Positions 8,399 to 17,976 of a DNA stretch of 61,508 bases are shown here, in pieces (position 1 is the stretch's first letter; each line of letters starts with the position of its first letter). The stretch comes from Candidatus Omnitrophota bacterium. GTDB lineage: Bacteria; Omnitrophota; Gorgyraeia; JACQQV01. The translations under genes and the position numbers were made by a program. The stretch lies in the NCBI GenBank assembly GCA_016206785.1, contig JACQQV010000021.1, positions 1 through 61,508 on the forward strand, read 5' to 3'. Below the pieces are notes generated by a model. The model was not told the DNA's origin and searched no databases. It worked only from the letters and a program-made list of their open reading frames with translations.

Positions 8399-9810
8399 CA
8401 ATGAGTGCTCTTGGTTTTTGCGACGATCGTAAAATCGTTCCAGTTAAGCGGTCGTATATCCAAGCCTATATTTTTTTGGGGCGCTTCCCACACCTCAATG
8501 GGATGGAAGCCGACATGTTCTAACATCGCGATGAATGAGCGGGGTGTCCAGTATGAGAAAAGCCGCCCTTGGGTATCGTTCGTTTCGACGAGCCCTTGTT
8601 GCTCCCTTCCCAGAAGCTCCTCCAAGAGGGTCTCCGGAACACGGTTTTCCACGGGGTTCTGAACGTATCGTTTGTCCGAAACGATGCTAAACAGAACCCC
8701 ACCCGGTTTCAACACCCGGCGCCACTCCTTAAGCGCTCTTAAGGGGTTATAGAGGCGCTCCAGCAGATGCGAAGAGAAAACAAAATCTCGACTCTCGTCC
8801 GCAAAGAAGGAGAGATCGTAGGCGGTCCCGAGGATATCCGGTGGCGGATAGATTCTGTCTTTGAATCCAATGTAGAGGTCTACCGAGATCGCATTAAGAT
8901 GGGGAAAGCGGTTTTCTCCTGGGCCGACCTCCACACCCCTTCCGATACAGTAGCGATGAGCCAGCTGCAAATCGATCCGCTTCGGCCTATACCACCCGTA
9001 GACGCGCCTTTTCTTCAGGCCGAGTCGGATCATCTTCCGGACGATTTTTGTCTTGAGGCGACCCAGTCGACCTTCGATGACAACATTTCTGTCGGGCGTC
9101 TCTTTCCGTTCAAAGTAGAGCTTTCCATCGAGATCCCTGTCGAAACTGGCGTGCTGGAAATGATAGGAAAAACTGTTCATGACCCGCTGATACTCCATCC
9201 CCCGTTTCCAGAGGACGCGCTTCCTAAAGATGCGGTCGTTCGGATATGGAAAGGGGCGTTTGTTCGGCCAGCCCCCGAGCCGGAGAAACAATTTTCTGTC
9301 GATAACGGTCGGGATGAAGGCGCCGTCCATGGCCAGACGGTTTTCCTCATGCCCTCTGACGTACTCCAAGAAGCCCTTCTCATCGAATTCCTTTGCCCCT
9401 GCGCCGAAGTTGCGGACGAGACACGCGTGATAACTGCTGAAGATTCCTGATTCCACCAATTGAGAGGTCAGGATGTTTTTCCGGGTGTGATGGGCAAGAA
9501 GACTGGCGTCCCATCGCGGGGCCATATACTGATCGGCATTCATAAAGCAGAGGATCTCCCTCTTCGCCAGTCGGGCTCCCTTGTTCCAGCTCCCATAGCA
9601 GCCGACGTCCGTTTCATTCAGGATCAGGCGGACCTCCGGAAACTGGCGGGCGACTTCTACAACGCGCGGATCGTGCTCTCCTTTGGGTTGCGGATTGATC
9701 AACACCAGCACCTCATTGGGAAGAGAGCTGTTTTTTTTAAGGCTCTCCAGGCAAACCTTCAGTTCCTCCGGCTCATTGTAGGCCGTCACAATCACCGAAA
9801 ATCCGTCCAT
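8398..9810 (-). CDS. Fusion: GT2 glycosyltransferase plus C-terminal class I SAM methyltransferase
   Basis: GT2 part: FSVIVTAYNEPEELKVCLESL...CFMNADQYMAPRWD. MT part: GVEVGPGENRF...FVFSSHLLERLYNPLRALKEWRRVLKPGGVLFSIV. Confidence 0.75.
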   Translation of the reverse strand: MDGFSVIVTAYNEPEELKVCLESLKKNSSLPNEVLVLINPQPKGEHDPRVVEVARQFPEVRLILNETDVGCYGSWNKGARLAKREILCFMNADQYMAPRWDASLLAHHTRKNILTSQLVESGIFSSYHACLVRNFGAGAKEFDEKGFLEYVRGHEENRLAMDGAFIPTVIDRKLFLRLGGWPNKRPFPYPNDRIFRKRVLWKRGMEYQRVMNSFSYHFQHASFDRDLDGKLYFERKETPDRNVVIEGRLGRLKTKIVRKMIRLGLKKRRVYGWYRPKRIDLQLAHRYCIGRGVEVGPGENRFPHLNAISVDLYIGFKDRIYPPPDILGTAYDLSFFADESRDFVFSSHLLERLYNPLRALKEWRRVLKPGGVLFSIVSDKRYVQNPVENRVPETLLEELLGREQQGLVETNDTQGRLFSYWTPRSFIAMLEHVGFHPIEVWEAPQKNIGLDIRPLNWNDFTIVAKTKSTH

Positions 9811-9815
9811 GAGAA

Positions 9816-12062
9816 TTACTCCCGAAGACTCAGAGAAGAACGGGCCGTCTGAAACTCTGTTTTAAAAAATCCGGAAAATGTTTGAATGACATGCTGCAGC
9901 ATGTCATCCGTCAGACCCGGATAAACGCCGATAAAAAAACTGTCCCGCATGATTCGATCGCTCTGTTCAAGTGTGCCGTGAATGCGCGCAGAAATACCTT
10001 GGTATCCAGGCTGTTTCAAAATATTGCCTCCGAAGATTTGCCGCGTTTCGATGTTCGCATTTTCCAACCACTGCACAAGCTTGGCGCGCGACAAGCCGTT
10101 CGTTACAGTGATCGGAAAGCCAAACCAAGAAGGATCCGACCGGGGATCCAGCGTAGGCAGGATCAGATAGGATTGATACGGTTCCAGAGCTTTGTAAAAC
10201 TGTCTGAAATTTCGGTGCCTTTTTTCTACGAAATCGGGAATCCGCTCTGCCTGGGCAACGCCGATCGATGCCTGCAGATCCGTCGGTTTGAAGTTATACC
10301 CCAGGTTGGAAAAGATATATTTATGGTCGTACCCCCTCGGTAAATCCCCCAATTGCCAGCCAAAACGCTTGCCGCAGGTATTGGATTCCCCGGGAGCGCA
10401 CCAACAGTCCCGTCCCCAGTCTCGCACCGATCGGACGATGCGGGCGAGCCGGGCGTTATTGACAATGACCCCGCCACCCTCCCCCATCGTGATATGATGG
10501 GCAGGGAAAAAACTGAGGGTGGCCAGATCCCCAAATGTCCCGACCAATTTCCCGCGGAATGTCGATCCCAAGGCGTCACACGTATCCTCAATGAGGTAGA
10601 GGTTGTGGCGGCGCACGATATCGCAGAGGATATCCATATCGCAGGGGTTTCCAAGGGTATGCGGAACAAAGATCGCTCTCGTCTTGTCCGAGATGGCCCC
10701 TTCGATGAGAGAGGGACTAATGTTATAGGTTCCAACGTTACAATCGACGAAGACTGGAATTAGACCGCTGTGCACCAGGGGGGTGAGGGTGGTGGGAAAG
10801 GTAACAGCCGGCGTGATCACTTCATCTCCGGCTTTCAGCGGACGTTCCAGTTGTCTTGAACAAAGCGCCATGACGACGGTCAAGTTTGCCGTAGAGCCAG
10901 AATTCACCAAGACGAAATCTTTGGACCCGAAAAACAATTTCATTTTCTGCTCGAACAGATCCCCGTACACCCCCAAGGTGAGCCAGAAATCGAGAGCGCT
11001 GTCCGTCAGATTGACCATCTCCTCTTCTCCAAAAACCCTGCCCGAATACTGAACCCGAGATTTAAACGGGACAAAGGGCTTGGGCTGGTGGACGAGTCGG
11101 TAATACTGCCTCACCTTTTGCAGGATCTCCTGCTTCAATCGTTCTGCCTCCGTCGAGACGGCGCCTGGGACGTGCGTGATGTGGGTATCCGCCCTCCACT
11201 GACGGCGGAATCGCTTCAGCGACTCGCCCAAATCATGAGGCACCGTTCCAAAAGTCTCTTCCAACTTTTTCGTCTTCAGTCCTCCCTCAAGGGGCCTCGG
11301 CGCGCGCGGCCCCAGTTCAGGGGTGGAAACGGGAAGAATCAGTTCAGGGTCCAGCGCCATGGTCCGTGCCAAAGACTTCGCCAACTCAGAGCGGGGCAAC
11401 CGATCTTTCCCAACCACATTAAAGGTGCCGTGGGCCCCAAGCTGCACCAGGCGGACGCTGACCTCCGCCAAATAGTCTACCAGCGTCGGATTACACCACT
11501 GGTCCTTGGCAACGCGCATGGATTGGCCGGCCTGGAGACGCCTCCAGACCTGCATGGCAAAGTTCTGGGAGGCCCTGTCCCACCCAAAGACGGCGGTGGT
11601 GCGTAGAATCAGAGAGGTTGTCAGATTTTTTTGAACGATCCGCTCGGCTTCCAGCTTCGTTTGTCCGTAGATGCTCAGGGGAGAGGGAATATTTTCCTCG
11701 GAATAGGGGCCACTTTTTCCGTCGAAGATGTAATCTGTAGAATAATAAACGACCTTCGCGCCGCATCCGATAGCGGCGGAGACGACATGGTGTGTGCCCG
11801 TGATGTTCAGGGTTCGGGCTTCGTTTGGGTGTGTCTCACAGAAATCCACCCCTCCTGCCACATTGACAGTTAAAAATACGACGTCTGGCTTGATGCGTTC
11901 AAGACAGCTCCGGACAGCCTCCCCATCCGCCACCTCTAGAGGGAACATCTCAGGGGAGCGATGGGTATGGCAGGTTCCAACGGTCTCGATGCCACTCCGC
12001 TCCAGAGCCCGCACCAACGCTCCGCCGACAAGACCTGATGCGCCAATGACAAGGGCTTTCAT
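9816..12062 (-). CDS. Fusion: RmlD-type NDP-4-ketohexose reductase plus CDP-4-keto-6-deoxyglucose 3-dehydrase E1 (RfbH/DdhC/AscC type)
   Basis: N-terminal half: MKALVIGASGLVGG, STDYIFDG, YGQTK. C-terminal half: NSGSTANL, SFFPAHHITMGEGG (His in the Lys position), DCWCAPGESNTCGKRF (C-x-C-x7-C). ATG at 12062; the ORF also opens at GTG 12071. Confidence 0.85.
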   Translation of the reverse strand: MKALVIGASGLVGGALVRALERSGIETVGTCHTHRSPEMFPLEVADGEAVRSCLERIKPDVVFLTVNVAGGVDFCETHPNEARTLNITGTHHVVSAAIGCGAKVVYYSTDYIFDGKSGPYSEENIPSPLSIYGQTKLEAERIVQKNLTTSLILRTTAVFGWDRASQNFAMQVWRRLQAGQSMRVAKDQWCNPTLVDYLAEVSVRLVQLGAHGTFNVVGKDRLPRSELAKSLARTMALDPELILPVSTPELGPRAPRPLEGGLKTKKLEETFGTVPHDLGESLKRFRRQWRADTHITHVPGAVSTEAERLKQEILQKVRQYYRLVHQPKPFVPFKSRVQYSGRVFGEEEMVNLTDSALDFWLTLGVYGDLFEQKMKLFFGSKDFVLVNSGSTANLTVVMALCSRQLERPLKAGDEVITPAVTFPTTLTPLVHSGLIPVFVDCNVGTYNISPSLIEGAISDKTRAIFVPHTLGNPCDMDILCDIVRRHNLYLIEDTCDALGSTFRGKLVGTFGDLATLSFFPAHHITMGEGGGVIVNNARLARIVRSVRDWGRDCWCAPGESNTCGKRFGWQLGDLPRGYDHKYIFSNLGYNFKPTDLQASIGVAQAERIPDFVEKRHRNFRQFYKALEPYQSYLILPTLDPRSDPSWFGFPITVTNGLSRAKLVQWLENANIETRQIFGGNILKQPGYQGISARIHGTLEQSDRIMRDSFFIGVYPGLTDDMLQHVIQTFSGFFKTEFQTARSSLSLRE

Positions 12063-12077
12063 CTTAAGCACATTTAC

Positions 12078-12530
12078 CTATCTATGTTGGAGTTCCCAGT
12101 CATAGGGGATCTCCTTCGTAAAAGGGTCCATCCGCTGAATTTCTACCGGGTCATGAGGAAGGGTGGCGCAATTGGCGACGATGGCCGGTTTGACGCCAAC
12201 CCCCTTAAACCCGTTCCAGATCCCGGGCGGAATGGTGACAAGACAGTAGTTGTCCTCTCCCGCAAAGATTTCTTGAATCTTTCTCTCGGTCGGTGACCCA
12301 ATTCTAGCGTCATACAGTACCAGTTTGATCGTTCCGGAGACGACGGCATAGTTCAACGTCATCTTTGTATGGAGGTGCCACCCCTTGATGACCTCCGGGT
12401 AAACGACCGAAAAGTAAATCTCCCCGAATTGTTTAAAATGTGGATCGTCACGGCGCAACATATGCATGACCTTGCCCCGTTCATCGACAATTTGTTTCAG
12501 AGGGGTAATGAGTACGTCTTCGATCATCAT
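12078..12530 (-). CDS. RmlC-like cupin NDP-sugar 3,5- or 5-epimerase
   Basis: [47 protein letters not shown]...PPGIWNGF. I place the start at ATG 12530 (MMIEDV), which forms an ATGA overlap with the rfbG stop. Confidence 0.8.
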   Translation of the reverse strand: MMIEDVLITPLKQIVDERGKVMHMLRRDDPHFKQFGEIYFSVVYPEVIKGWHLHTKMTLNYAVVSGTIKLVLYDARIGSPTERKIQEIFAGEDNYCLVTIPPGIWNGFKGVGVKPAIVANCATLPHDPVEIQRMDPFTKEIPYDWELQHR

Positions 12531-13525
12531 TTTCCTCTCCCCTGTTCCATCGATTGAAAATAATTCCGATACCACGTCACCGTCCGGTGCAGGCCGTCAT
12601 CCAACGTAAATTTTGGCTTCCAGTCCAGAATCCGCCTCGCCTTTTCTGAAGAAAGGTATTGATGCCTGATCTCATGTTGCGCCCGATTCAGAACCACCGG
12701 TGTCAGGTCTTCCCGGCTCATGACCTTGAGAATCCGCTGTACGATTTCCAAGACGGGTACCTGCAGCTCATTGCTGAAGTTGAAGGCCTCTCCGTGAATG
12801 CCGCTATCTCCCATCTTCTCGGCAAGGCAGAGGTAGGCAAAAACGGCATCCTCGATATAGAAATAGTCACGGATATAGGTACCGTCGCTTCGGATCAGCG
12901 GCCTTTGACCGTCCTGAATCGCCCGGATGGTCCCCGGGACAAGGCGGTTAAAATTCAGGTCCCCCCCTCCGTAAAAGTTTCCGCATCTTGTGACAGAGAG
13001 AGGAAGGCCAAACGTCTCATGGTAGGAGAGAGCGATCAGATCTGCACAACTCTTTGAGACATCATAGGGATGTCGCCCCTCCAGGGGGGCTGTTTCAGTA
13101 TAGGGCAGTTGCACTTGATCCCCATAGGCCTTGTCACTGGAGGCCACCACGATCCGTTTGACGATGGGAGAGCGCCGGCAGGCCTCGAGGAGAACCCATG
13201 TTCCCTTGACATTGCTTTCAAATGTAGAGAGTGGATTTCTGTTGGAGATTTCCACGATCGTTTGGGCCGCAAGGTGAAACACGGTATCGATCTCGTATTC
13301 ATTCAAGGCGCGCTCAATGGTATAGAGATCTTCAACAGAGCCCCTGACGACGTTGATCCTCTCTTCAGTACCAGAGGAGCGCAGGTAGGAATAGGGGTTG
13401 AGGTCGCGGATAAGCCCCGTGACCATGGCGCCACGTTCGACCAGCGTCCTCGTGAGCCACGATCCAAGAAGGCCAGTGCATCCCGTCACAAACACATTTC
13501 GGTTCTTCCAAAAATCATCCTTCAT
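12527..13525 (-). CDS. rfbG: CDP-glucose 4,6-dehydratase
   Basis: [20 protein letters not shown]..., SSDKAYG, PYDVSK. I place the start at ATG 13525 (MKDDFW), an ATGA overlap with the rfbF stop. Confidence 0.85.
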   Translation of the reverse strand: MKDDFWKNRNVFVTGCTGLLGSWLTRTLVERGAMVTGLIRDLNPYSYLRSSGTEERINVVRGSVEDLYTIERALNEYEIDTVFHLAAQTIVEISNRNPLSTFESNVKGTWVLLEACRRSPIVKRIVVASSDKAYGDQVQLPYTETAPLEGRHPYDVSKSCADLIALSYHETFGLPLSVTRCGNFYGGGDLNFNRLVPGTIRAIQDGQRPLIRSDGTYIRDYFYIEDAVFAYLCLAEKMGDSGIHGEAFNFSNELQVPVLEIVQRILKVMSREDLTPVVLNRAQHEIRHQYLSSEKARRILDWKPKFTLDDGLHRTVTWYRNYFQSMEQGRGK

Positions 13526-14325
13526 CGCCACACCCTCCAAGGCGGGTCTCCAGTCGTCCATAACGCGTTCAGCAGTTGGAGGTCTCGGTAGGTATCCATG
13601 CACTGCCAGAAGTCCTTGTGGGGATACATCACAAGCTCTCCCTCTTTGGCAAGGCGCTCCAACGGCTCCCTTTCAAGATAGCAACCGTCCTCGTCAGAAA
13701 GATAGTCGAAAAATCTCTTTTGGAACACAAAGAAACCCCCGTTGATAAACCCGTCGGCGGTGGCAGGCTTCTCGCTGAATTCAAACACAGTTTTCCCCTT
13801 TACCGTCAGTTGTCCAAAACGTGAGGGGGGATGAACACCGGTGACAGTCCCAACTTTACGATGTTGTTTGTGAAATTCCAGAAGTTGGATCACATCCAGC
13901 GAGGCAACGCCATCGCCGTATGTCAGCATAAATAAATCGGTATGGATGTATTTCTCGATCCGTTTTAGCCGGGCCCCTGTCATGGCCATCTCCCCTGTGT
14001 TGGCCAACGTCACGGTCCAATCTTCTTCGACACCTCCACCATGGAAGTGAATCTGGTTGGGTTTTCCGAGAGAAACTGTAAAATCATTATTCATGGTTTC
14101 ATAGTTCAGAAAATAGGACCTGATCATTTCCCCTTTGTACCCCAAGCACAAGATAAAGTGTTTAAACCCATAATGGGCGTAAAGTTTCATAATGTGCCAG
14201 AGGAGCGGCCGTCCCCCGATCTCTACCATCGGCTTGGGGCGGAATTCCGTCTCCTCTTGCAATCGCGTACCTCGACCGCCGCACAGAATCACAACGGGGA
14301 TATCCTGATGATCTGAAGGGCCCAC
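13522..14325 (-). CDS. rfbF: Glucose-1-phosphate cytidylyltransferase
   Basis: [55 protein letters not shown]. The GTG start is preceded by GAAGGAG 6 nt upstream. Confidence 0.9.
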   Translation of the reverse strand: MGPSDHQDIPVVILCGGRGTRLQEETEFRPKPMVEIGGRPLLWHIMKLYAHYGFKHFILCLGYKGEMIRSYFLNYETMNNDFTVSLGKPNQIHFHGGGVEEDWTVTLANTGEMAMTGARLKRIEKYIHTDLFMLTYGDGVASLDVIQLLEFHKQHRKVGTVTGVHPPSRFGQLTVKGKTVFEFSEKPATADGFINGGFFVFQKRFFDYLSDEDGCYLEREPLERLAKEGELVMYPHKDFWQCMDTYRDLQLLNALWTTGDPPWRVWR

Positions 14326-14343
14326 CGAAACTCCTTCTTTTAG

Positions 14344-15972
14344 TTAATCCTTCTCCTCAAACCCAAGAATAGCTGCACTCCTTGTCAGCCGACCCCAGAA
14401 TCTATTGATGCCATATACAGACCATGCGATCTTCAGCTCCTCCACTCCGAAGATCCAACTCGCCACGAGATAAATGGCTAAGCCGAAAAGACAGAGTGTG
14501 GCCGCCTGGAAAATAGAAATCAGCGGGGATGTTCCTCCCATGCGAAATGTCTCGAAAAGGACATTTAACCCCCCACACCCCATCACCATCACGATCGCTG
14601 CCCCTATGGTTTTCATGAGGCACTTTCCGAAATAACGGAAGAGAGAAGAAAGGTCTGCGACTTTTGCATGAACATACCAAACCATCATCCCCAGATAAAC
14701 GGTGGTCGTCAAAGGCGACACCGCGGCAATCCCCAAGTATCCGAACGGTCTGACAAGGATAAAAAGGAAGAAAAGATAGACGACCAGGCCGCATGCCATG
14801 AGTGCTACGGCCGTGAAATTTCTTTTAAGGGCGAACAACAGTTTCTTGAAAATGAGGATCGCTCCTTCCACAAAAAACCCTGCGGAGAATATGGCGAAGA
14901 CACTCGAGGTCATGAGGACCGACGTCCTGTCGAAATGGCCCCGTTGATAGATCGCTTCGATCACAGGGACACGGAAAGCGATCATCAACACCATCGCAGG
15001 GATGGTAAGAAATAAGAGCATCTGGAGGCTCTTGCGGAGCACTCCCACAAGTTGTTCTTTCGCCTGTTCGATGCCGGAGAGGGCGAGTTCCGAGAAATTC
15101 GGGAATACGACAATGGAAAAGGGGATGGTAAGAAGAGCGACGAGCTGCGTAAAAAGATTCGAACCGTAGCGGACAACCGCCATACTTCCTTGAGGAAGAA
15201 GCGAGAGGACAGCCGTTGCCAGCCACACCTGAAGCTGCAGGAGGATCATATATCCAAAAAAGGGGAGGAGTGACCGAAGCAAAAAAAGTATTTCCTTCTG
15301 TTTTAAACTGATGCCCGTATGAAAACGGAACCCTTCCCTCCAAGCGTAAACAGTCAAAACAAGCGTTTGGACAAGAGAGGCGCTTAAAAGGGAGATCGCG
15401 ATCGCCGCGACCCCTATCTTTCGGACAAAGGCCACCAGCAAAAAAAGCATGAGGATATTTCCGAATAAGGAGGCATTTTCAACAGGAACAAAGCGGCGGT
15501 TGGCATGAAGGACGGTCGCCATGAGCGTTGATACGATGTCCAGAAGGATCGTCGGAGTGATGATCCGAAAAAGGAACACGACAATTTCTCTCTGGGTGCT
15601 TCCGAAACCGGGGACGAACCAGGGGACAATGGCGGGAGCGAACCAGAATAATAATGCGGATACAGAGCCAACCAGTAGAAAAAGAAGGGTCAAAAGATTG
15701 GATGTGAGTCTCCATGCCGACCTCGGGTCCCTCTCCTTGACCTCCATAAAAATGGGAAGAAATACATTGCTAAGCGCCCCTATCTGGAAAAGTTTCGTGG
15801 AGACAGTCGTCATGGTGGAAGCGGCAAAAAGGGCCTCGATCCTTACGCCCGTTCCAAAGAAGAAGGCGTAAAGGATCTGGCGGAAAAATCCGAGGACATT
15901 CCCGACCACCTTGAAACAGAAGATGGCCCTCACAGAATAGGCCGCTTTTTTATAGGAGGAACTATTGTTCAC
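14344..15972 (-). CDS. MurJ/MviN-family (MOP superfamily) lipid-linked oligosaccharide flippase
   Basis: 542 aa and polytopic. The N-terminus GNVLGFFRQILYAFFFGTGVRIEALFAAS...GALSNVFLPIFME follows the MurJ pattern. GTG start in a GTGA overlap. Confidence 0.75.
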   Translation of the reverse strand: MNNSSSYKKAAYSVRAIFCFKVVGNVLGFFRQILYAFFFGTGVRIEALFAASTMTTVSTKLFQIGALSNVFLPIFMEVKERDPRSAWRLTSNLLTLLFLLVGSVSALLFWFAPAIVPWFVPGFGSTQREIVVFLFRIITPTILLDIVSTLMATVLHANRRFVPVENASLFGNILMLFLLVAFVRKIGVAAIAISLLSASLVQTLVLTVYAWREGFRFHTGISLKQKEILFLLRSLLPFFGYMILLQLQVWLATAVLSLLPQGSMAVVRYGSNLFTQLVALLTIPFSIVVFPNFSELALSGIEQAKEQLVGVLRKSLQMLLFLTIPAMVLMIAFRVPVIEAIYQRGHFDRTSVLMTSSVFAIFSAGFFVEGAILIFKKLLFALKRNFTAVALMACGLVVYLFFLFILVRPFGYLGIAAVSPLTTTVYLGMMVWYVHAKVADLSSLFRYFGKCLMKTIGAAIVMVMGCGGLNVLFETFRMGGTSPLISIFQAATLCLFGLAIYLVASWIFGVEELKIAWSVYGINRFWGRLTRSAAILGFEEKD

Positions 15973-17147
15973 GAGACGGACATCTCCAAAACCGTTTCAA
16001 ACGACCCCCTTTTTTCGGAAAACTTCCCTTCCCGGATCTCCGTGACCAATGTTTCAAACCGCTTCCGAGAATTCTCATAGGAATAGCCTTCAAGCTGGGA
16101 GAGCGCTTTTTTCTGTGTCGCTTCATAAAACGGCGCATCGTTCAGTAACCGCTCTGCCAACTCAAGCGCTTTCGCTGTTCCTTCAATATCTGCGCAGACA
16201 AGATCGGGGAAGCATTCCTTCTGTCCATTGGCATTACAGCCGATGCAGGGTGTGCCCACCGCTGCAGCATCCAACGGCACCCTTCCATTGGTCCACCAGA
16301 TGTCCGTATTCAAGATGAAAAGAGCTCTTGAGGTTTCCTCCAAATACTTCTGCCAGGGGATGCGGGACAGAATTTCATATCGACACCTTCTGAGCGGTTC
16401 CAAATTCATTTTCCCCCAATCCGTCAGTTTGATGAGGTACTCCGGGTGTCTTCTCTGAAAATCTCTCGCCCTCAAAAGCCCCGCAAGGATATCGACTCGT
16501 TCTGTATTCCCTGCGACAAAAATCGTCTTTTCCTTATCCTCTCTCTGGCGGAAGAAGCGCCGGGTGTAGTCGTAGGGATAAAAAGGAGGAAAATAGACAA
16601 TAGGCTTGTGGGTAACAAGCTGAAAATAATCTTGTGCGGCTCGATTCACGATCAGAAACAGATCGCTCGTTTCGATGAACTCCATGAAACTCCGATACCA
16701 CCGCGGATTTCTCCAGAGTTCTCGAACCCGCCCGAGCTGATAAGCCCCGTACGTGGCGAGAAAGAGCGTCGTCGGGGAAATCGCCTTGGCCTTTTTCAAA
16801 AAATGAAGCATCTCCCAGTGGGCGCTTTCGTGATGGCAGACCAACACAACATCAAACTGCTTCACATATTCGAGGTTGCGGTAGGAAAGGTTTTCTTTGA
16901 AAAGAATTTTCTTGGCTTTGTGGACGCCTCTTTCGAAAAGTGTCGCCTTTTGACGTGCAGGACGCCCTTTTTTCCCCGTCACAAACCATGAAAGCGGGAT
17001 ATGTTCTCCCTCCAAGGCACTCGCCCAGCACCCGAAGGAGTTGACGTCGATCTCCCGACGCTGGTCGCAGAGATAATTCGGCCTCTCCGGTGTGGGGCGC
17101 CAGATTCCGCCCGATTTCGTCAACAATTCAACGCACGCGAACTTCAT
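15969..17147 (-). CDS. Uncharacterised GT-B-like (GT1/GT4-like) protein
   Basis: Only a remote resemblance: IFVAGNTERVDIL...NGRVPLDAAAVGTPCIGCN. ATG at 17147 (MKFACV) avoids overlap with the SDR gene. Confidence 0.4.
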   Translation of the reverse strand: MKFACVELLTKSGGIWRPTPERPNYLCDQRREIDVNSFGCWASALEGEHIPLSWFVTGKKGRPARQKATLFERGVHKAKKILFKENLSYRNLEYVKQFDVVLVCHHESAHWEMLHFLKKAKAISPTTLFLATYGAYQLGRVRELWRNPRWYRSFMEFIETSDLFLIVNRAAQDYFQLVTHKPIVYFPPFYPYDYTRRFFRQREDKEKTIFVAGNTERVDILAGLLRARDFQRRHPEYLIKLTDWGKMNLEPLRRCRYEILSRIPWQKYLEETSRALFILNTDIWWTNGRVPLDAAAVGTPCIGCNANGQKECFPDLVCADIEGTAKALELAERLLNDAPFYEATQKKALSQLEGYSYENSRKRFETLVTEIREGKFSEKRGSFETVLEMSVS

Positions 17148-17157
17148 TTTGAATAGT

Positions 17158-17976
17158 TCACCAAGCGGTCCAACCTCCATCAACAATCAAATTTGCCCCC
17201 GTCATATAAGAGGAGGCGTCAGAAACCAGGAAAAGGACTGCACCCTTATATTCATCCCGATCGGCCATCCGACCCAATGGAACCCGTAAGGAATAGTTTT
17301 TCACGAAGGTTTTGTCGTGACCGTCGTAGACACCGCCGGGTGAGAGGACATTCACCCGGATATTTTTGTGAGCCCAATAGGTGGCAAGGTAGCGGGTGAA
17401 ATTGATCACCCCGGCCTTTGTCGTCGAATAAGAGACGGGCGTATTGAACGGCTTTCCTGAATAAGGACTTCTCACGTTACGATAGATGCGATGGTCGGGG
17501 CCAACGACGCCGGCCGTTGAAGCGATGTTGAGAACCACACCACGTCCCTGCCTGGCCATGACCTTTCCTACGGCCTGCGTGCATAAAAACATGCCTGTGA
17601 GGTTGACCTTAAGCGCCCTCTCCCAAAGGTCAAGGGGATACTTCTCAAAAGGGAAAAAGTATTTTTCCGAATCTTCACCTCCCCCCTTAACGGTCAGGGC
17701 GGCATTGTTGATGAGGATATCGATACGCCGGAATCGCGCCACCGTTTTTCTGACCATACGCTCCACTTCTTTTTTTCGCGTAATATCGACGGAAATGCCC
17801 ATCGCTTCAACGCCAAACGTTTCGGTAATGCTTCTGGCAGCGGAAGAGACCCGTTCTTTGCCAAGATCTGCGAGCACCGCATGGCCGCCCGCCTCCGCAA
17901 TCGCTTCCGCATGCCTCACTCCCAACATGCCTCCGCCACCGGTAATGACCGCGACCTTGCCGGTCAAATCAAACAT
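17158..17976 (-). CDS. Classical short-chain dehydrogenase/reductase (SDR)
   Basis: MFDLTGKVAVITGGGGMLG, NNAA, YSTTK. The start is uncertain: ATG 17976 (MFDLTGK) or ATG 18000 (MKVKSVKKMFDL, with AGGAGAGG upstream). Confidence 0.8.
   Translation of the reverse strand: MFDLTGKVAVITGGGGMLGVRHAEAIAEAGGHAVLADLGKERVSSAARSITETFGVEAMGISVDITRKKEVERMVRKTVARFRRIDILINNAALTVKGGGEDSEKYFFPFEKYPLDLWERALKVNLTGMFLCTQAVGKVMARQGRGVVLNIASTAGVVGPDHRIYRNVRSPYSGKPFNTPVSYSTTKAGVINFTRYLATYWAHKNIRVNVLSPGGVYDGHDKTFVKNYSLRVPLGRMADRDEYKGAVLFLVSDASSYMTGANLIVDGGWTAW

Noticed and set aside
14344-15972. Interpreting the MurJ-family gene as the housekeeping lipid II flippase
   Set aside because: This cannot be excluded. However, the gene is embedded and translationally coupled within the glycan locus, far from any mur/fts genes, so I call it only at the family level as a MOP flippase.
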